From positions 5,885 through 69,884 of IMG/VR virus record IMGVR_UViG_3300020411_004054: a stretch of 64,000 nucleotides of DNA; one strand, written 5' to 3'. Numbering within the stretch: the first letter of the stretch is position 1; each line of letters starts with the position of its first letter. The DNA comes from a virus (Duplodnaviria > Caudoviricetes). A program made the translations under genes and the position numbers. The notes under the pieces are model-generated. The model made no database searches. It was not told where the DNA came from and saw nothing but the letters and a program-made list of their open reading frames with translations. Below, piece after piece: positions 28,271 to 37,031 of the stretch.

Positions 28271-29353
28271 TTGGACATTAAGACTTTCAAAACCCTCGCC
28301 CCGAAACTCCCCGCGGACATCGCAGTTCTGATGCGCGGCCCAACCGGCGTGGGTAAGTCACAGCTCGCAGCGCAGACTGCGAAGGACCTCGAACTTCCGT
28401 TCATCGACGTGCGCGGCTCTACCATGAGCGAAGGCGACGTCGGTGGTTACCCCGATATCGAAGGGATGAAGGAGACGGGCGTCATGACGTTCTGCATGCC
28501 GTCGTGGTTCGTGCGCGCATGCCGCGAGCCGGTCGTCCTGATGCTGGACGAGCTTAACCGCTCGCTCCCCGGCGTCCAACAATCGTTCTTCCAGCTGGTG
28601 CTCGATCGAGAGCTCGGCAACGACAAGGACGGAAATCCTTACAAGCTCAACCCGGGAACGCGCGTTTTCGCCGCGGTAAATCACGGTACGGAATACGACG
28701 TCAACGAGATGGATCCCGCGCTTTTGCGACGATTCTGGGTTGTCGACCTCGATCCCTCCAACCAGGACTGGATCGACTGGGCAGGTCCCGCTGGAATCGA
28801 TCCGGTGACGATCGACTTCATCCGTAACCACCCGGAGCACCTGCGCGTTAACGTGGCAGGCGTCGAGCCCGGAACTGTGGCTCCTAATCCCGCGTCTTGG
28901 CACCGACTTGATGAGTCGCTCCGCCACATGGGGATGGCTCCTTCTGACCTCGCTGGTACCGGTGATAGCTCGATCTACGCGCTGTCGACCGGCTTCGTCG
29001 GAGTGGAGGCAGCAATTGCCTACTCTGAGTTTATCAAGCGCTACGAGCGAGTGATCTCTGCTGATGATGTGCTTAACGGCAACATCGATGATGCACGTGC
29101 TAAGGAGCTTCAGGCGTCCGAGGCGCTCGGTGTGTTGGACAAGCTCGTTGAGCACAGCAAGGAAAACAAGTGGAACAAGAAGCAGGGTGCGCGCGTTGCG
29201 GCATTCGTTCAGGCCCGCGGCGGTGAGCAGCTGGTCTACTTCTGGAACGCGATTAGCAAGACCCAGAAGCTGGAGAACATCCAGCTCCTCCACAAGGAGA
29301 TTGGGGCTAAGGTTGTGGAAATCGTCCGCGCCGCTCGTGGTCTCGGTAACTAA
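28271..29353 (+). CDS. MoxR/AAA_5-type AAA+ ATPase
   Basis: GPTGVGKS, LMLDELNR, FAAVN and MDPALLRRF. Confidence 0.9.
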   Translation: MDIKTFKTLAPKLPADIAVLMRGPTGVGKSQLAAQTAKDLELPFIDVRGSTMSEGDVGGYPDIEGMKETGVMTFCMPSWFVRACREPVVLMLDELNRSLPGVQQSFFQLVLDRELGNDKDGNPYKLNPGTRVFAAVNHGTEYDVNEMDPALLRRFWVVDLDPSNQDWIDWAGPAGIDPVTIDFIRNHPEHLRVNVAGVEPGTVAPNPASWHRLDESLRHMGMAPSDLAGTGDSSIYALSTGFVGVEAAIAYSEFIKRYERVISADDVLNGNIDDARAKELQASEALGVLDKLVEHSKENKWNKKQGARVAAFVQARGGEQLVYFWNAISKTQKLENIQLLHKEIGAKVVEIVRAARGLGN

Positions 29354-29383
29354 AACTTCAATAGATTCAAGGGGTTAGACATC

Positions 29384-29614
29384 ATGGCATTGACTGCAGA
29401 TGAAAGACGATATTGGAACGGCTACTTCGAGAGGAAGGCAGCCGCACAGGAAGCTGAAGAAGAGCGCGATCTAGTGCATAAGCTACGCGCTGAAGTTAGA
29501 GATCTACGCAAGGAGTTGGCGCGCCAAGAGGACGCTGCCCCAGTGGAAGATGACGGTCCGAGTGGGTTGCTCATGTTCGCTGCCGGTTGTGTGCTCGGCC
29601 TCGTCCTTGGTTGA
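29384..29614 (+). CDS. Small tail-anchored membrane protein
   Basis: Coiled coil plus C-terminal LLMFAAGCVLGLVLG. Confidence 0.65.
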   Translation: MALTADERRYWNGYFERKAAAQEAEEERDLVHKLRAEVRDLRKELARQEDAAPVEDDGPSGLLMFAAGCVLGLVLG

Positions 29615-29621
29615 TTTTTTA

Positions 29622-29650
29622 TTGTACACCCGACCTACGTGGCATACACT
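29622..29650 (+). promoter_or_regulatory. Promoter for the tRNA-Arg precursor
   Basis: TTGTAC-N17-TACACT. Confidence 0.65.
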
Positions 29651-29656
29651 TAGTAT

Positions 29657-29830
29657 GAGCCGCCGGTGGCTCGGGCAGATAAAGGTAAAGCGATGAGAAT
29701 CAATTAAGTGATTTTAGGTGAAAGACTGATGCGCTCGTCGGAGTGCTGAAGTGCCAGCTGCAGCTGGTATGATTATATGATAAGTTAAGGTGAAAGGATC
29801 AGCCGACGATGTCCTAGTAACCGTGCCCGA

Positions 29831-29837
<7 letters not shown>
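29657..29837 (+). ncRNA. Candidate structured RNA or leader overlapping the 5' end of tRNA-Arg
   Basis: GGCTCGGGCA/TGCCCGAGCC helix, internal stems and a 14-nt palindrome. Confidence 0.55.
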
Positions 29838-29907
<70 letters not shown>

Positions 29908-30074
29908 ATCATGCTCTTTGGAGTTTAAACAAATCCTGTCATGTGTGGGTGGCACAGCGTTCTTCGTCGTTCGACACAGGGAGAACCGGCCTCAGGTGAG
30001 TGGATGTTGGGTGTTGCAAATAGGGGAGCATCCATCGAAGCCCGCACAATTTTTAAACGAGAGGAAAATCAGAT

Positions 30075-30266
30075 ATGCCAGTGATTAGAGTAAAAGACGA
30101 CGGAAAGAAAATGTTCAACTGGAGCCGTAAGGTTGCAATGGTCGCTGCCGGTATTTCACTAGCAGGACTATGGCACTTCTATACTGGACATCAGGCTGAC
30201 GGCATTATGCTGACCCTGTCCGGCGGAGTGCTTGCTTCGATCTGGAATCTGGCAGACGATTCTTAA
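30075..30266 (+). CDS. Small two-helix membrane protein
   Basis: GAGGA SD; two hydrophobic segments. Confidence 0.6.
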   Translation: MPVIRVKDDGKKMFNWSRKVAMVAAGISLAGLWHFYTGHQADGIMLTLSGGVLASIWNLADDS

Positions 30267-30274
30267 TAGTTTAC

Positions 30275-30349
30275 GCCCTGTTCGTCTAGTGGTTAGGACG
30301 GTGGTTTTTCAGGCCATCTACGGGAGTTCGATCCTCCCACAGGGTACCA
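30275..30349 (+). tRNA. tRNA-Glu(TTC)
   Basis: GCCCTGT/ACAGGGT acceptor, loop TTTTCAG, TTCGATC, CCA. Confidence 0.93.
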
Positions 30350-30394
30350 ATCATAAAAAAGTGTAACAATATCAAAGGGTTACAAGAATGTTCC

Positions 30395-30470
30395 GGGCCG
30401 TTAGCTCAACCGGTAGAGCACTGGACTTTTAATCCATAGGTTCTGGGTTCGAGTCCCAGGCGGCTCACCA
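30395..30470 (+). tRNA. tRNA-Lys(TTT)
   Basis: GGGCCGT/GCGGCTC acceptor, loop CTTTTAA, TTCGAGT, CCA. Confidence 0.95.
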
Positions 30471-30509
30471 ATTTTTTTGGTGTACGTTAAATAAAAAATG
30501 TATGCTGCG

Positions 30510-30538
30510 GTGCAAGAGACCTATTTATAAGATATAAT
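30510..30538 (+). promoter_or_regulatory. Early-type promoter
   Basis: GTGCAA-N17-TATAAT. Confidence 0.75.
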
Positions 30539-30610
30539 ATATATGTCGACGAGGTGGAGGACCAACCCCTCGCGACGTTGGTTTGGATTAACAAATAGGA
30601 GAGACGAGAT

Positions 30611-31375
30611 ATGTCCGCCATGAAGCTCAACGTCAAGTCTGACGACATCGAATTCGGTACTAACATCCTCAAGGTGAAGGTGCCTAAGCAGCTCAGGAAC
30701 AAGGTTAAATGTGGAGTTGATTATATCGACAGTGCTCTGGGTGGTGGTGGATTTACTCCTTCAGCCGTAACTTTCTTTACGGGTACGCCCGGTAGTGGTA
30801 AGACTACCATGATGCTTAAGATGGCTGATAGCCTCACCAAGAACGGTGCGCTCGTGGTCTTCAACACCGCTGAGGAGAGCCTCTTCCAGGTGAAGCTCGT
30901 CGCTGAGCGTCTCAACCTCCAACACGGTTTCCACGCCGGACAGGAGACCTCGGTCCCTGCTCTTCTCGACTACTGCACTAAGCTGCGTAACAAGCGCGGC
31001 AACAAGAACAAGCCGTTCTTCCTGATCGTCGACAGCCTTCAGACGCTGGATGACGGGAAGTACGCTAACGGTGGCGGTGGACGCGCAAAGGATAAGCGCT
31101 GCCTGGCCATGATCACTGACTACTGCAAGGAGCACTACGCCAACGCGGTCGTCATCGGTCAGGTGAACAAGAGCGGACAGATGGCCGGCTCTAACGTTCT
31201 CAAGCACATGGTTGATTCCATGATGACCCTGTCTGTAGAGGAGAAGGACCCGGACCTCCGTGGTTGCCGCGTTCTGCAGATGGTTAAGAACCGGTTCGGT
31301 GGAGCAGGTGGTACCTTCTTCCTCGAGCTTGGCAAGCGAGGCTTCAAGGAAGTGGCTCGCGTCTCGGCTGCTTAA
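30611..31375 (+). CDS. RadA/Sms-like RecA-fold ATPase (ATPase domain only)
   Basis: GTPGSGKTT, AEES, LIVDSLQT, GQVNKSGQMAGSNVLKHMVD and KNRFG. Confidence 0.88.
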   Translation: MSAMKLNVKSDDIEFGTNILKVKVPKQLRNKVKCGVDYIDSALGGGGFTPSAVTFFTGTPGSGKTTMMLKMADSLTKNGALVVFNTAEESLFQVKLVAERLNLQHGFHAGQETSVPALLDYCTKLRNKRGNKNKPFFLIVDSLQTLDDGKYANGGGGRAKDKRCLAMITDYCKEHYANAVVIGQVNKSGQMAGSNVLKHMVDSMMTLSVEEKDPDLRGCRVLQMVKNRFGGAGGTFFLELGKRGFKEVARVSAA

Positions 31376-31402
31376 TTGAGCGGTCCAGCTTTGCTTGCTG
31401 TG

Positions 31403-31435
31403 CCTCGGGGGTATTCGCCCCCGGGGTTCATTTTT
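31403..31435 (+). terminator. Rho-independent terminator
   Basis: CCTCGGGGG-tattcg-CCCCCGGGG followed by a T run. Confidence 0.7.
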
Positions 31436-31477
31436 AAGGGCCAAAATAATCAATGATATCAAGAGGTTGTAAGACTG

Positions 31478-31726
31478 ATGGCTAAGCGTAGGGTATATAC
31501 ACCCGAGCGAGATAGGGGCTGGAGTAACGGAAGGTACTGGAAGCCGAAGCAGAACGAAGATGCAGCAGAGGATGTGTACGATGCCTACTGCGTCACATGC
31601 AAAAAGATCGCACCACACCAATGGGAAGAGTGCATTATGTGCACTGTGAATGCGGAAGCGAAAGAGAAACGTGATGCGAACAACCCAGATTTAGATAGCT
31701 TTGGTAAAGATATTGCTGAACCCTAG
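31478..31726 (+). CDS. Small zinc-ribbon-like protein
   Basis: CVTC...CIMC. Confidence 0.65.
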   Translation: MAKRRVYTPERDRGWSNGRYWKPKQNEDAAEDVYDAYCVTCKKIAPHQWEECIMCTVNAEAKEKRDANNPDLDSFGKDIAEP

Positions 31727-31754
31727 TGCAAGTTTCTTGTGCGCGGTATATAAT
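31726..31754 (+). promoter_or_regulatory. Early-type promoter
   Basis: GTGCAA-N17-TATAAT. Confidence 0.75.
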
Positions 31755-31800
31755 AAAAACAAAAACAGCTAAGGCTAATCAACTAGAGAGGAGAGAAGCC

Positions 31801-32034
31801 ATGTCACCACCCAGATACACCGATGCAGCATGTCACGTACCTGAACTGGAAACGGGCAACGAGTCTTATAGGGCTCGAGCCTATCGTCACTGCATCGCTG
31901 CGCTGGATGAAGCAGCCGCGGCTCTCAAGGCCAGGCGCTTCGAACCTGAATTTGTCAATGAAATCAAGGGGTTGCGGGAACGCCTGGAAGACAAGCGCCG
32001 CGACCTGCTACTGCCCGGAGAGCCGAATGACTGA
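31801..32034 (+). CDS. Small helical hypothetical protein
   Basis: GGAGAG SD, ATG at 31801. Confidence 0.65.
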   Translation: MSPPRYTDAACHVPELETGNESYRARAYRHCIAALDEAAAALKARRFEPEFVNEIKGLRERLEDKRRDLLLPGEPND

Positions 32035-32266
32035 AGGTGGAGAGCTGATAGACCTGACCGAGGTGCGCCTAAGGCAGGCGATCGAAGACGCCCCGGCGGC
32101 GTACCAAGAGAAGATCGCTGCGGCGCTGCTCGAGTTGTATCGCAAGGGGGACGTGCAGGTGACAATGCGCGACGGCGAGATGTACTACAGCCTGAGGGAG
32201 GGCCTCAAGGAGGGCCTCAGTGAAGCTATCGAGGGGGCCTCAACCGACGGTCTCTGCGAGCCATAG
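32027..32266 (+). CDS. Small hypothetical protein
   Basis: GGAG SD; GC-rich codons; 3' end overlaps the repeat block. Confidence 0.65.
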   Translation: MTEGGELIDLTEVRLRQAIEDAPAAYQEKIAAALLELYRKGDVQVTMRDGEMYYSLREGLKEGLSEAIEGASTDGLCEP

Positions 32267-32348
32267 GGGGCCCCTCTGCGAAGGGCCTCAACAGGGGGCC
32301 TCTGTAGACCCCTCTGAGGGGGCCTCTGCAAACTCAGTCAGGGCCCTC
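32198..32348. repeat. Cluster of about 8 quasi-palindromic AG(G)n-CC(C)n-TC motifs
   Basis: GAGGGCCTC (32198, 32210), GAGGGGGCCTC (32231, 32316) and variants at 32265, 32281, 32293, 32340. Confidence 0.75.
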
Positions 32349-32411
32349 CTGCCGGGCCGGGGCTAAGCTTCTTCATTTTTTTTCTACAAAAAATTTCGGG
32401 AGCTTTTTTAG

Positions 32412-32441
32412 TTGTACACAATCGTCGCACAGAATTATAAT
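32412..32441 (+). promoter_or_regulatory. Sigma70-type promoter
   Basis: TTGTAC-N18-TATAAT. Confidence 0.6.
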
Positions 32442-32468
32442 TTAACACTAGAAGATTATAGCAACAAT

Positions 32469-32735
32469 ATGGGCGATTACCACGAAGAACACTGGAGATG
32501 GAAACCCGGAGAACTTGTACAGTTAAAGTACACGTACTCAGAAAGTCATCCAATGTACAACGCCGAAAGGAAGAAGATGTCAAGCAGGGTGGGTATTGTA
32601 TTACGATACTATGACAGTAACATGTACGAGCCGGCTTCAGTCGATATACTGTTCGGAGGCAGGGAAATCAACATGTCAACACGAGATCTCATCAGGCTTA
32701 AGGAGAAGAAAGTTGAATCCGGATCAAATGCCTAA
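32469..32735 (+). CDS. SH3/KOW-like protein
   Basis: WKPGELVQL...VGIVL...VDILF. Confidence 0.65.
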   Translation: MGDYHEEHWRWKPGELVQLKYTYSESHPMYNAERKKMSSRVGIVLRYYDSNMYEPASVDILFGGREINMSTRDLIRLKEKKVESGSNA

Positions 32736-33159
32736 ACGATGGTGGCCAGACGAAGACTATTGGGAAATATACGATATCTACGAAGAGATCTATCGACAAA
32801 TGGGCGATAAAAAAGAAGATAAGAATCTAGAAGATGTGCTTAAAGAAGACTGGATGCACACATTCGATTACGAAGACTGGCTTAAGGCGAAGAACCGCAA
32901 ATCAACGGGGGCAGCGCAAGCCGGCCGAAGCTGGACTTCACGCCGCTTCAAAGAAGGGCAGCTCGTCCAGGCGGCCTTTGGGCACCCCTTTTACAGCGAA
33001 AAGCGCGGTCTTATCGGCCTTATAATCGAAGAAGGCATGCCTAGACACGGCCGGCCCACCTCGCCCTTAACGGTCAAGGTGCTTTGGCCGGACGATACAG
33101 TGGAGACTGTCTCCGAAGATAACCTTCAGGCGTGCAAGCCTGACCCTAAGGGGCTATAA
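32728..33159 (+). CDS. Acidic N-terminus plus SH3/KOW-like C-terminal domain
   Basis: FKEGQLV...IGLII...VKVLWPD...EDNL. Confidence 0.7.
   Translation: MPKRWWPDEDYWEIYDIYEEIYRQMGDKKEDKNLEDVLKEDWMHTFDYEDWLKAKNRKSTGAAQAGRSWTSRRFKEGQLVQAAFGHPFYSEKRGLIGLIIEEGMPRHGRPTSPLTVKVLWPDDTVETVSEDNLQACKPDPKGL
33132..33159 (+). promoter_or_regulatory. Early-type promoter
   Basis: GTGCAA-N16-TATAAT. Confidence 0.6.
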
Positions 33160-33185
33160 TATAATACAAGAACAGGAGGCCTATC

Positions 33186-33596
33186 ATGGCTGTAGTAACA
33201 TTTGACTTTGATGATACCCTAACCCAGACACAATGGGATAACGAGGAGGAGTGCTTCGTATTCGTGGGGCCCAATCATCAGATTATCAATATGCTTAAGG
33301 AACACTTGTCTATGGGAGACGAGGTACACATTGTCACTAGTCGAACCGGTCCGGACATGGACGGGGATGGACAGCTTCGAGCCGGCGGTCAGCCTGGTGT
33401 CCGCGCTTTTCTTCAGGAGCACCTCCCTGAGGTGCTCGGACAGGTAGGGGTACACTTTACCTCTGGGGCCCTTAAGTGGTCGACACTTCACGATCTTCGC
33501 TCCGAAAAACATTTTGACGATGATCCATGTGAGTTAGAAGCCCTTCCGCCCGGTATCCAGGGTGTTCGGGTATCTACTCTACATGGATTGGACTAA
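33186..33596 (+). CDS. HAD-superfamily phosphatase-like protein
   Basis: TFDFDDTL, IVTSR and HFDD motifs; AGGAGG SD. Confidence 0.8.
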   Translation: MAVVTFDFDDTLTQTQWDNEEECFVFVGPNHQIINMLKEHLSMGDEVHIVTSRTGPDMDGDGQLRAGGQPGVRAFLQEHLPEVLGQVGVHFTSGALKWSTLHDLRSEKHFDDDPCELEALPPGIQGVRVSTLHGLD

Positions 33597-33718
33597 AAAT
33601 GTGGTAGAAGGAGCTTTCTCGTTTTGTCATTTTTTGCAAAAATTTCTCCGGAAATTTTCTGAAACTTTTTACCTATCTGCTGTCAACGACAGCAGCAAAT
33701 TACTCTTTTGGAGGTTAC

Positions 33719-33976
33719 ATGATGTCAACTGAATTATCTAATAATCCTTTTTCTCACCGTACGCCCGCCGAAGTGATCGCCCATCTTCGAACAAAGCAGG
33801 GTAAGCGGATCTATCATTCTGTGCTTAATGAGATTCGAGACATGGCGCTTGGGGGCGATGCGGGTGAGCATGGTGTCGGATTGTCTATTCGAGAGTACTA
33901 TTACCCTCATTTTAGCGATGAAGACTTCAAGGAGGTCCTTCGAGGGCTAGGGGAGAGTGCTAATGTCCAACCTTAG
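33719..33976 (+). CDS. Hypothetical protein, MAxGGDxG...R..YP family
   Basis: DMALGGDAG...SIREYYYPHFSDEDF. Confidence 0.7.
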   Translation: MMSTELSNNPFSHRTPAEVIAHLRTKQGKRIYHSVLNEIRDMALGGDAGEHGVGLSIREYYYPHFSDEDFKEVLRGLGESANVQP

Positions 33977-34226
33977 AGACCGATGGACCAACTCTCCTAA
34001 GACTGCCATAGTCTATATTCGAGCACTTCCTCACGCGGAAAGGGCTTCCATGTTAGCTCTGTATGCGCGTATGGCCACCGGGGATGACGGTGGACAGATC
34101 GAGCCATGGAGTTTTCATACTGTTCGTAGTACCTTATATCCAAATTGGTCTGATATGGACTTTCAATTCGTGGTCGACGCTTTTCGTCGACCAGAAGAGC
34201 TTCCCGCAAGACCTGGTGCCCTATAG
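33963..34226 (+). CDS. Hypothetical protein, MAxGGDxG...R..YP family
   Basis: RMATGDDGG...TVRSTLYPNWSDMDF. Confidence 0.7.
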   Translation: MSNLRDRWTNSPKTAIVYIRALPHAERASMLALYARMATGDDGGQIEPWSFHTVRSTLYPNWSDMDFQFVVDAFRRPEELPARPGAL

Positions 34227-34287
34227 GGTGTTGTTATCGGATTGGTAGGTGAGGGGAGGACCGGACTCGGTCCGACCGAACGTACCT

Positions 34288-34518
34288 TTATTCATGACAA
34301 AGTGGCTCGCCAGAGGGGGCCCTGCAACTCGAAGCCGGCCCGCCGGCTGATTTTTTTCTCGATTTGGCTGCATTTTCGGGCCGGCCGGCCGGGGTTTCGT
34401 GTCCATCGGGCATTAATGTAATATCAGGTGTTGACTCTACTGTTTTTACGTCCGGACAGGCCGACATCGAAAACAAAAGAAGCACAAAAGATATCATGAT
34501 GAGGATGTAATTTCGCAT
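34288..34518 (-). CDS. Possible lipoprotein
   Basis: MRNYILIMISFVLLLFSMSA|C; tail runs into a GC-rich block. Confidence 0.4.
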   Translation of the reverse strand: MRNYILIMISFVLLLFSMSACPDVKTVESTPDITLMPDGHETPAGRPENAAKSRKKSAGGPASSCRAPSGEPLCHE

Positions 34519-34755
34519 GATTTAATCTTAATTTTGCTGTGTGGTTGTTAAACTAGTATCTATATACCTCTAGATTAAACGTATAGTATTTCTAAGGCAC
34601 TTTGTTGATCACTATGATTATTACCTCAGGTCTAAAAAAAGGATTAATCTATCAGCTTCGTAGATACCAGTGCTTATAATGTATGCACGACGTCTCTTTT
34701 ATACTGCTTAGAAGATACTTAAACATGCAATTGCTATATCAGGACTAAGCCATTT

Positions 34756-36096
34756 ATGCGTACTCAGACATTTAAGAGCAAGGTTAGAGCTATCAATGAG
34801 ATCGCTAGCGCTTCACGATTTGCACCCACTGCTCAAGAAGAAGCAGAGAAAATTAATGCCCAGACTGGGGCCGACTATGTTACAGATCAGGCTTTTTGGG
34901 AAAAGCAAGGTATCTTTACCGGTGAAGAGCTAGCTTTGTCTGTTTTAGGGCAAACCTATTCTGACATGTATAAAGAATTGCACGGATTCCGGCCTCGTGG
35001 TTGGAGAGGTGTAGAAACAATTGAAAAGCTTCAAGCTGCAATTGATAGCTTAGATAAAGAATTCGAAGAAATGCTAGTGCAGCAAGAGATCGATGATAAA
35101 ATTGCTGCCGAATACGAAGCAGATCGTCAAGAAATAGCAGAGTTAATGCCGGATGAATATGATTATGATACATCTCCTAAAAGTTCAGGCATGGGTAGAA
35201 GAATGGAAAGTAGAACACACATCACTGTTAAAGAGCTCAAAAGCATCATAAACGAAGCGATCGATGGTCATCCTTATGATGGTCCTATTGAAGATTGGGC
35301 TTCTATCGCTTCAAATAAGTGGGGACATGGTTCGGTTGTCGACCCTCAAGGATGGAAAGATAACTGTAAGCTTGGTGGAAAATTTACCAAAGGTAAGGCT
35401 CCTTCTGTCCTCTCCCCTCAAAAAATTAAAATGACCGAAACCGGCCTTAGAGATATCATTAGGAACATTCTCCTCAAGGAGTACGGCGGCCGACCCTATG
35501 ATCCCACTGCTCCCGGTGATTACGAACGATATCGTGATAACCCAACCGGGGATGCTCCTCCCGGAGGAGAATTTGATGCCAAGCTAGAGAAGATGGCGGA
35601 TGAGATCGGTGATCGTGCTGCCGGTGGATATGAACCCTCCATAGACGGTTCTCCGGAGGCGTACGCAGACATGATCCTTGATGTATATCTTGAAGATCCT
35701 CCCCCGCCCCTTGATCAGATGGAAGATTTAGAGTTCGTCCTCACGAAACCCATGTACAGAGAGCAAGTTAAAAATGCAGTACTCGAGTACATAGGGATGA
35801 TGACTGAGAGCATTTCGTATGGTCTACAAGAAGGTGTCGACCCAAGAGGGCTTAAGACACTGCTTAAGAACCTAGGTGTCACAAAAGCTTTTAGAGGTGT
35901 TTCTGAGGCCCTATCTGACGCATTTTACGAATGGGAAGGCGACGCTGAGGACATGAAGGAGGCCGTTGAGGGCTATCACGGTGGATATCGTGATGACAGT
36001 GGTCAGGCTATCGATTGGCCTCTTGATGTATACCAGCAACTTTATGAACTATACGTCAAACAGAAGGCAAGTTACAGAGCCCCGGGGAGATATTAA
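34756..36096 (+). CDS. Multidomain protein with two internal KITKRQL-type leaders
   Basis: RME|SRTHITVKELKSIINE and KMTETGLRDIIRNILLKE. Confidence 0.85.
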   Translation: MRTQTFKSKVRAINEIASASRFAPTAQEEAEKINAQTGADYVTDQAFWEKQGIFTGEELALSVLGQTYSDMYKELHGFRPRGWRGVETIEKLQAAIDSLDKEFEEMLVQQEIDDKIAAEYEADRQEIAELMPDEYDYDTSPKSSGMGRRMESRTHITVKELKSIINEAIDGHPYDGPIEDWASIASNKWGHGSVVDPQGWKDNCKLGGKFTKGKAPSVLSPQKIKMTETGLRDIIRNILLKEYGGRPYDPTAPGDYERYRDNPTGDAPPGGEFDAKLEKMADEIGDRAAGGYEPSIDGSPEAYADMILDVYLEDPPPPLDQMEDLEFVLTKPMYREQVKNAVLEYIGMMTESISYGLQEGVDPRGLKTLLKNLGVTKAFRGVSEALSDAFYEWEGDAEDMKEAVEGYHGGYRDDSGQAIDWPLDVYQQLYELYVKQKASYRAPGRY

Positions 36097-36360
36097 ATGA
36101 AAATCACAAAGAGACAACTTCGAAGAATCATTAAAGAAGAGAAGGCTAGAATTCTAAATGAGATGAACCCGGATGGCACGGTCTCAGATGATGAGGAAGA
36201 GCGCGAAGCAGACTTAATGGCACATGTCGAAATATCAATTGATGAGCTGATTGAAAAGGCTACCGAAGAAGCATATGCTATAGGCGGAACTTTTAGATCA
36301 CCTGGAATTAGAAAGCGAGTCAAGGCGCTGATCTTCGACAAGATTAGCAGGATGAGATAA
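36097..36360 (+). CDS. KITKRQL-leader protein
   Basis: MKITKRQLRRIIKEEKARILNE. Confidence 0.85.
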   Translation: MKITKRQLRRIIKEEKARILNEMNPDGTVSDDEEEREADLMAHVEISIDELIEKATEEAYAIGGTFRSPGIRKRVKALIFDKISRMR

Positions 36361-36362
36361 CA

Positions 36363-36719
36363 ATGAAAATCACAAAGAGACAACTCAGAAGAATCATTAA
36401 GGAAGAGAAGGCCAGGGTGTTAAAGGAGCAATGGGGTGACCGGGTCGAAACCGGGTCAGACCTTATTGAATTTGCAAGAGCATATGCAGGGTTAGGTGAT
36501 GCCGTTCAAAGTCAGGTTGAGGAAGTCGTTTCTGCCTATTATAATATGGCTCCCGGCAGTGAAGACTTTATGGAAGTCGTGTATGAACAAAATCCCAATG
36601 CTATCCATATGGCTTATGATAAACTTGGCAGGGTTCTCGGGATGATGGATGGTGATGATGCACTTGGGATATCGGAAGCTCTCCAGGCCGCGATGGAAGC
36701 ATATGAGAATGAGGAATAA
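36363..36719 (+). CDS. KITKRQL-leader protein
   Basis: MKITKRQLRRIIKEEKARVLKE. Confidence 0.85.
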   Translation: MKITKRQLRRIIKEEKARVLKEQWGDRVETGSDLIEFARAYAGLGDAVQSQVEEVVSAYYNMAPGSEDFMEVVYEQNPNAIHMAYDKLGRVLGMMDGDDALGISEALQAAMEAYENEE

Positions 36720-36720
36720 A

Positions 36721-37029
36721 ATGAAAATCACTAAGCGGCAACTTCGAAAAATCATTAAAGAAGAAATATCTAGACTAGATGATCTATATGTTGTTATTGG
36801 CAATGCAGGACGAGGAAGACAAAACTTGTGGCCAAAGAGTGATGAGCCTGAAGTGCTAACTAAGGCTGAAGCAGAGAAGATCGCCCAAGATCTTAACAGT
36901 CGACAAGGTGGTGGTTACATGCAAATTAGTTATCATGTCAAGCCTTTGGGTAGCGCTGCCGAGTATATTTCGCCAGGACAGGCTGCACATGCCGGCATTA
37001 TAAGTCTAATAGACAAACACGGAATTTGA
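36721..37029 (+). CDS. KITKRQL-leader protein
   Basis: MKITKRQLRKIIKEE. Confidence 0.85.
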   Translation: MKITKRQLRKIIKEEISRLDDLYVVIGNAGRGRQNLWPKSDEPEVLTKAEAEKIAQDLNSRQGGGYMQISYHVKPLGSAAEYISPGQAAHAGIISLIDKHGI

Positions 37030-37031
37030 TT

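Noticed and set aside
28358-29293. 311-aa minus-strand ORF (likewise 30761-31621 and 23461-23943)
   Set aside because: Antisense shadows of GC-rich-codon genes that have clear motifs, SDs and promoters on the plus strand.
29715-29800. Hammerhead ribozyme (CTGATG and GAAA present)
   Set aside because: Core reads CTGATGC rather than CTGATGA, and the GAAA elements are not positioned after a stem II.
31726-31800. GTG start at 31726 given in the ORF track (similarly 23539, 32412 and 9260)
   Set aside because: These upstream extensions overlap promoter elements; downstream ATGs at 31801, 23572, 32469 and 9308 fit better.
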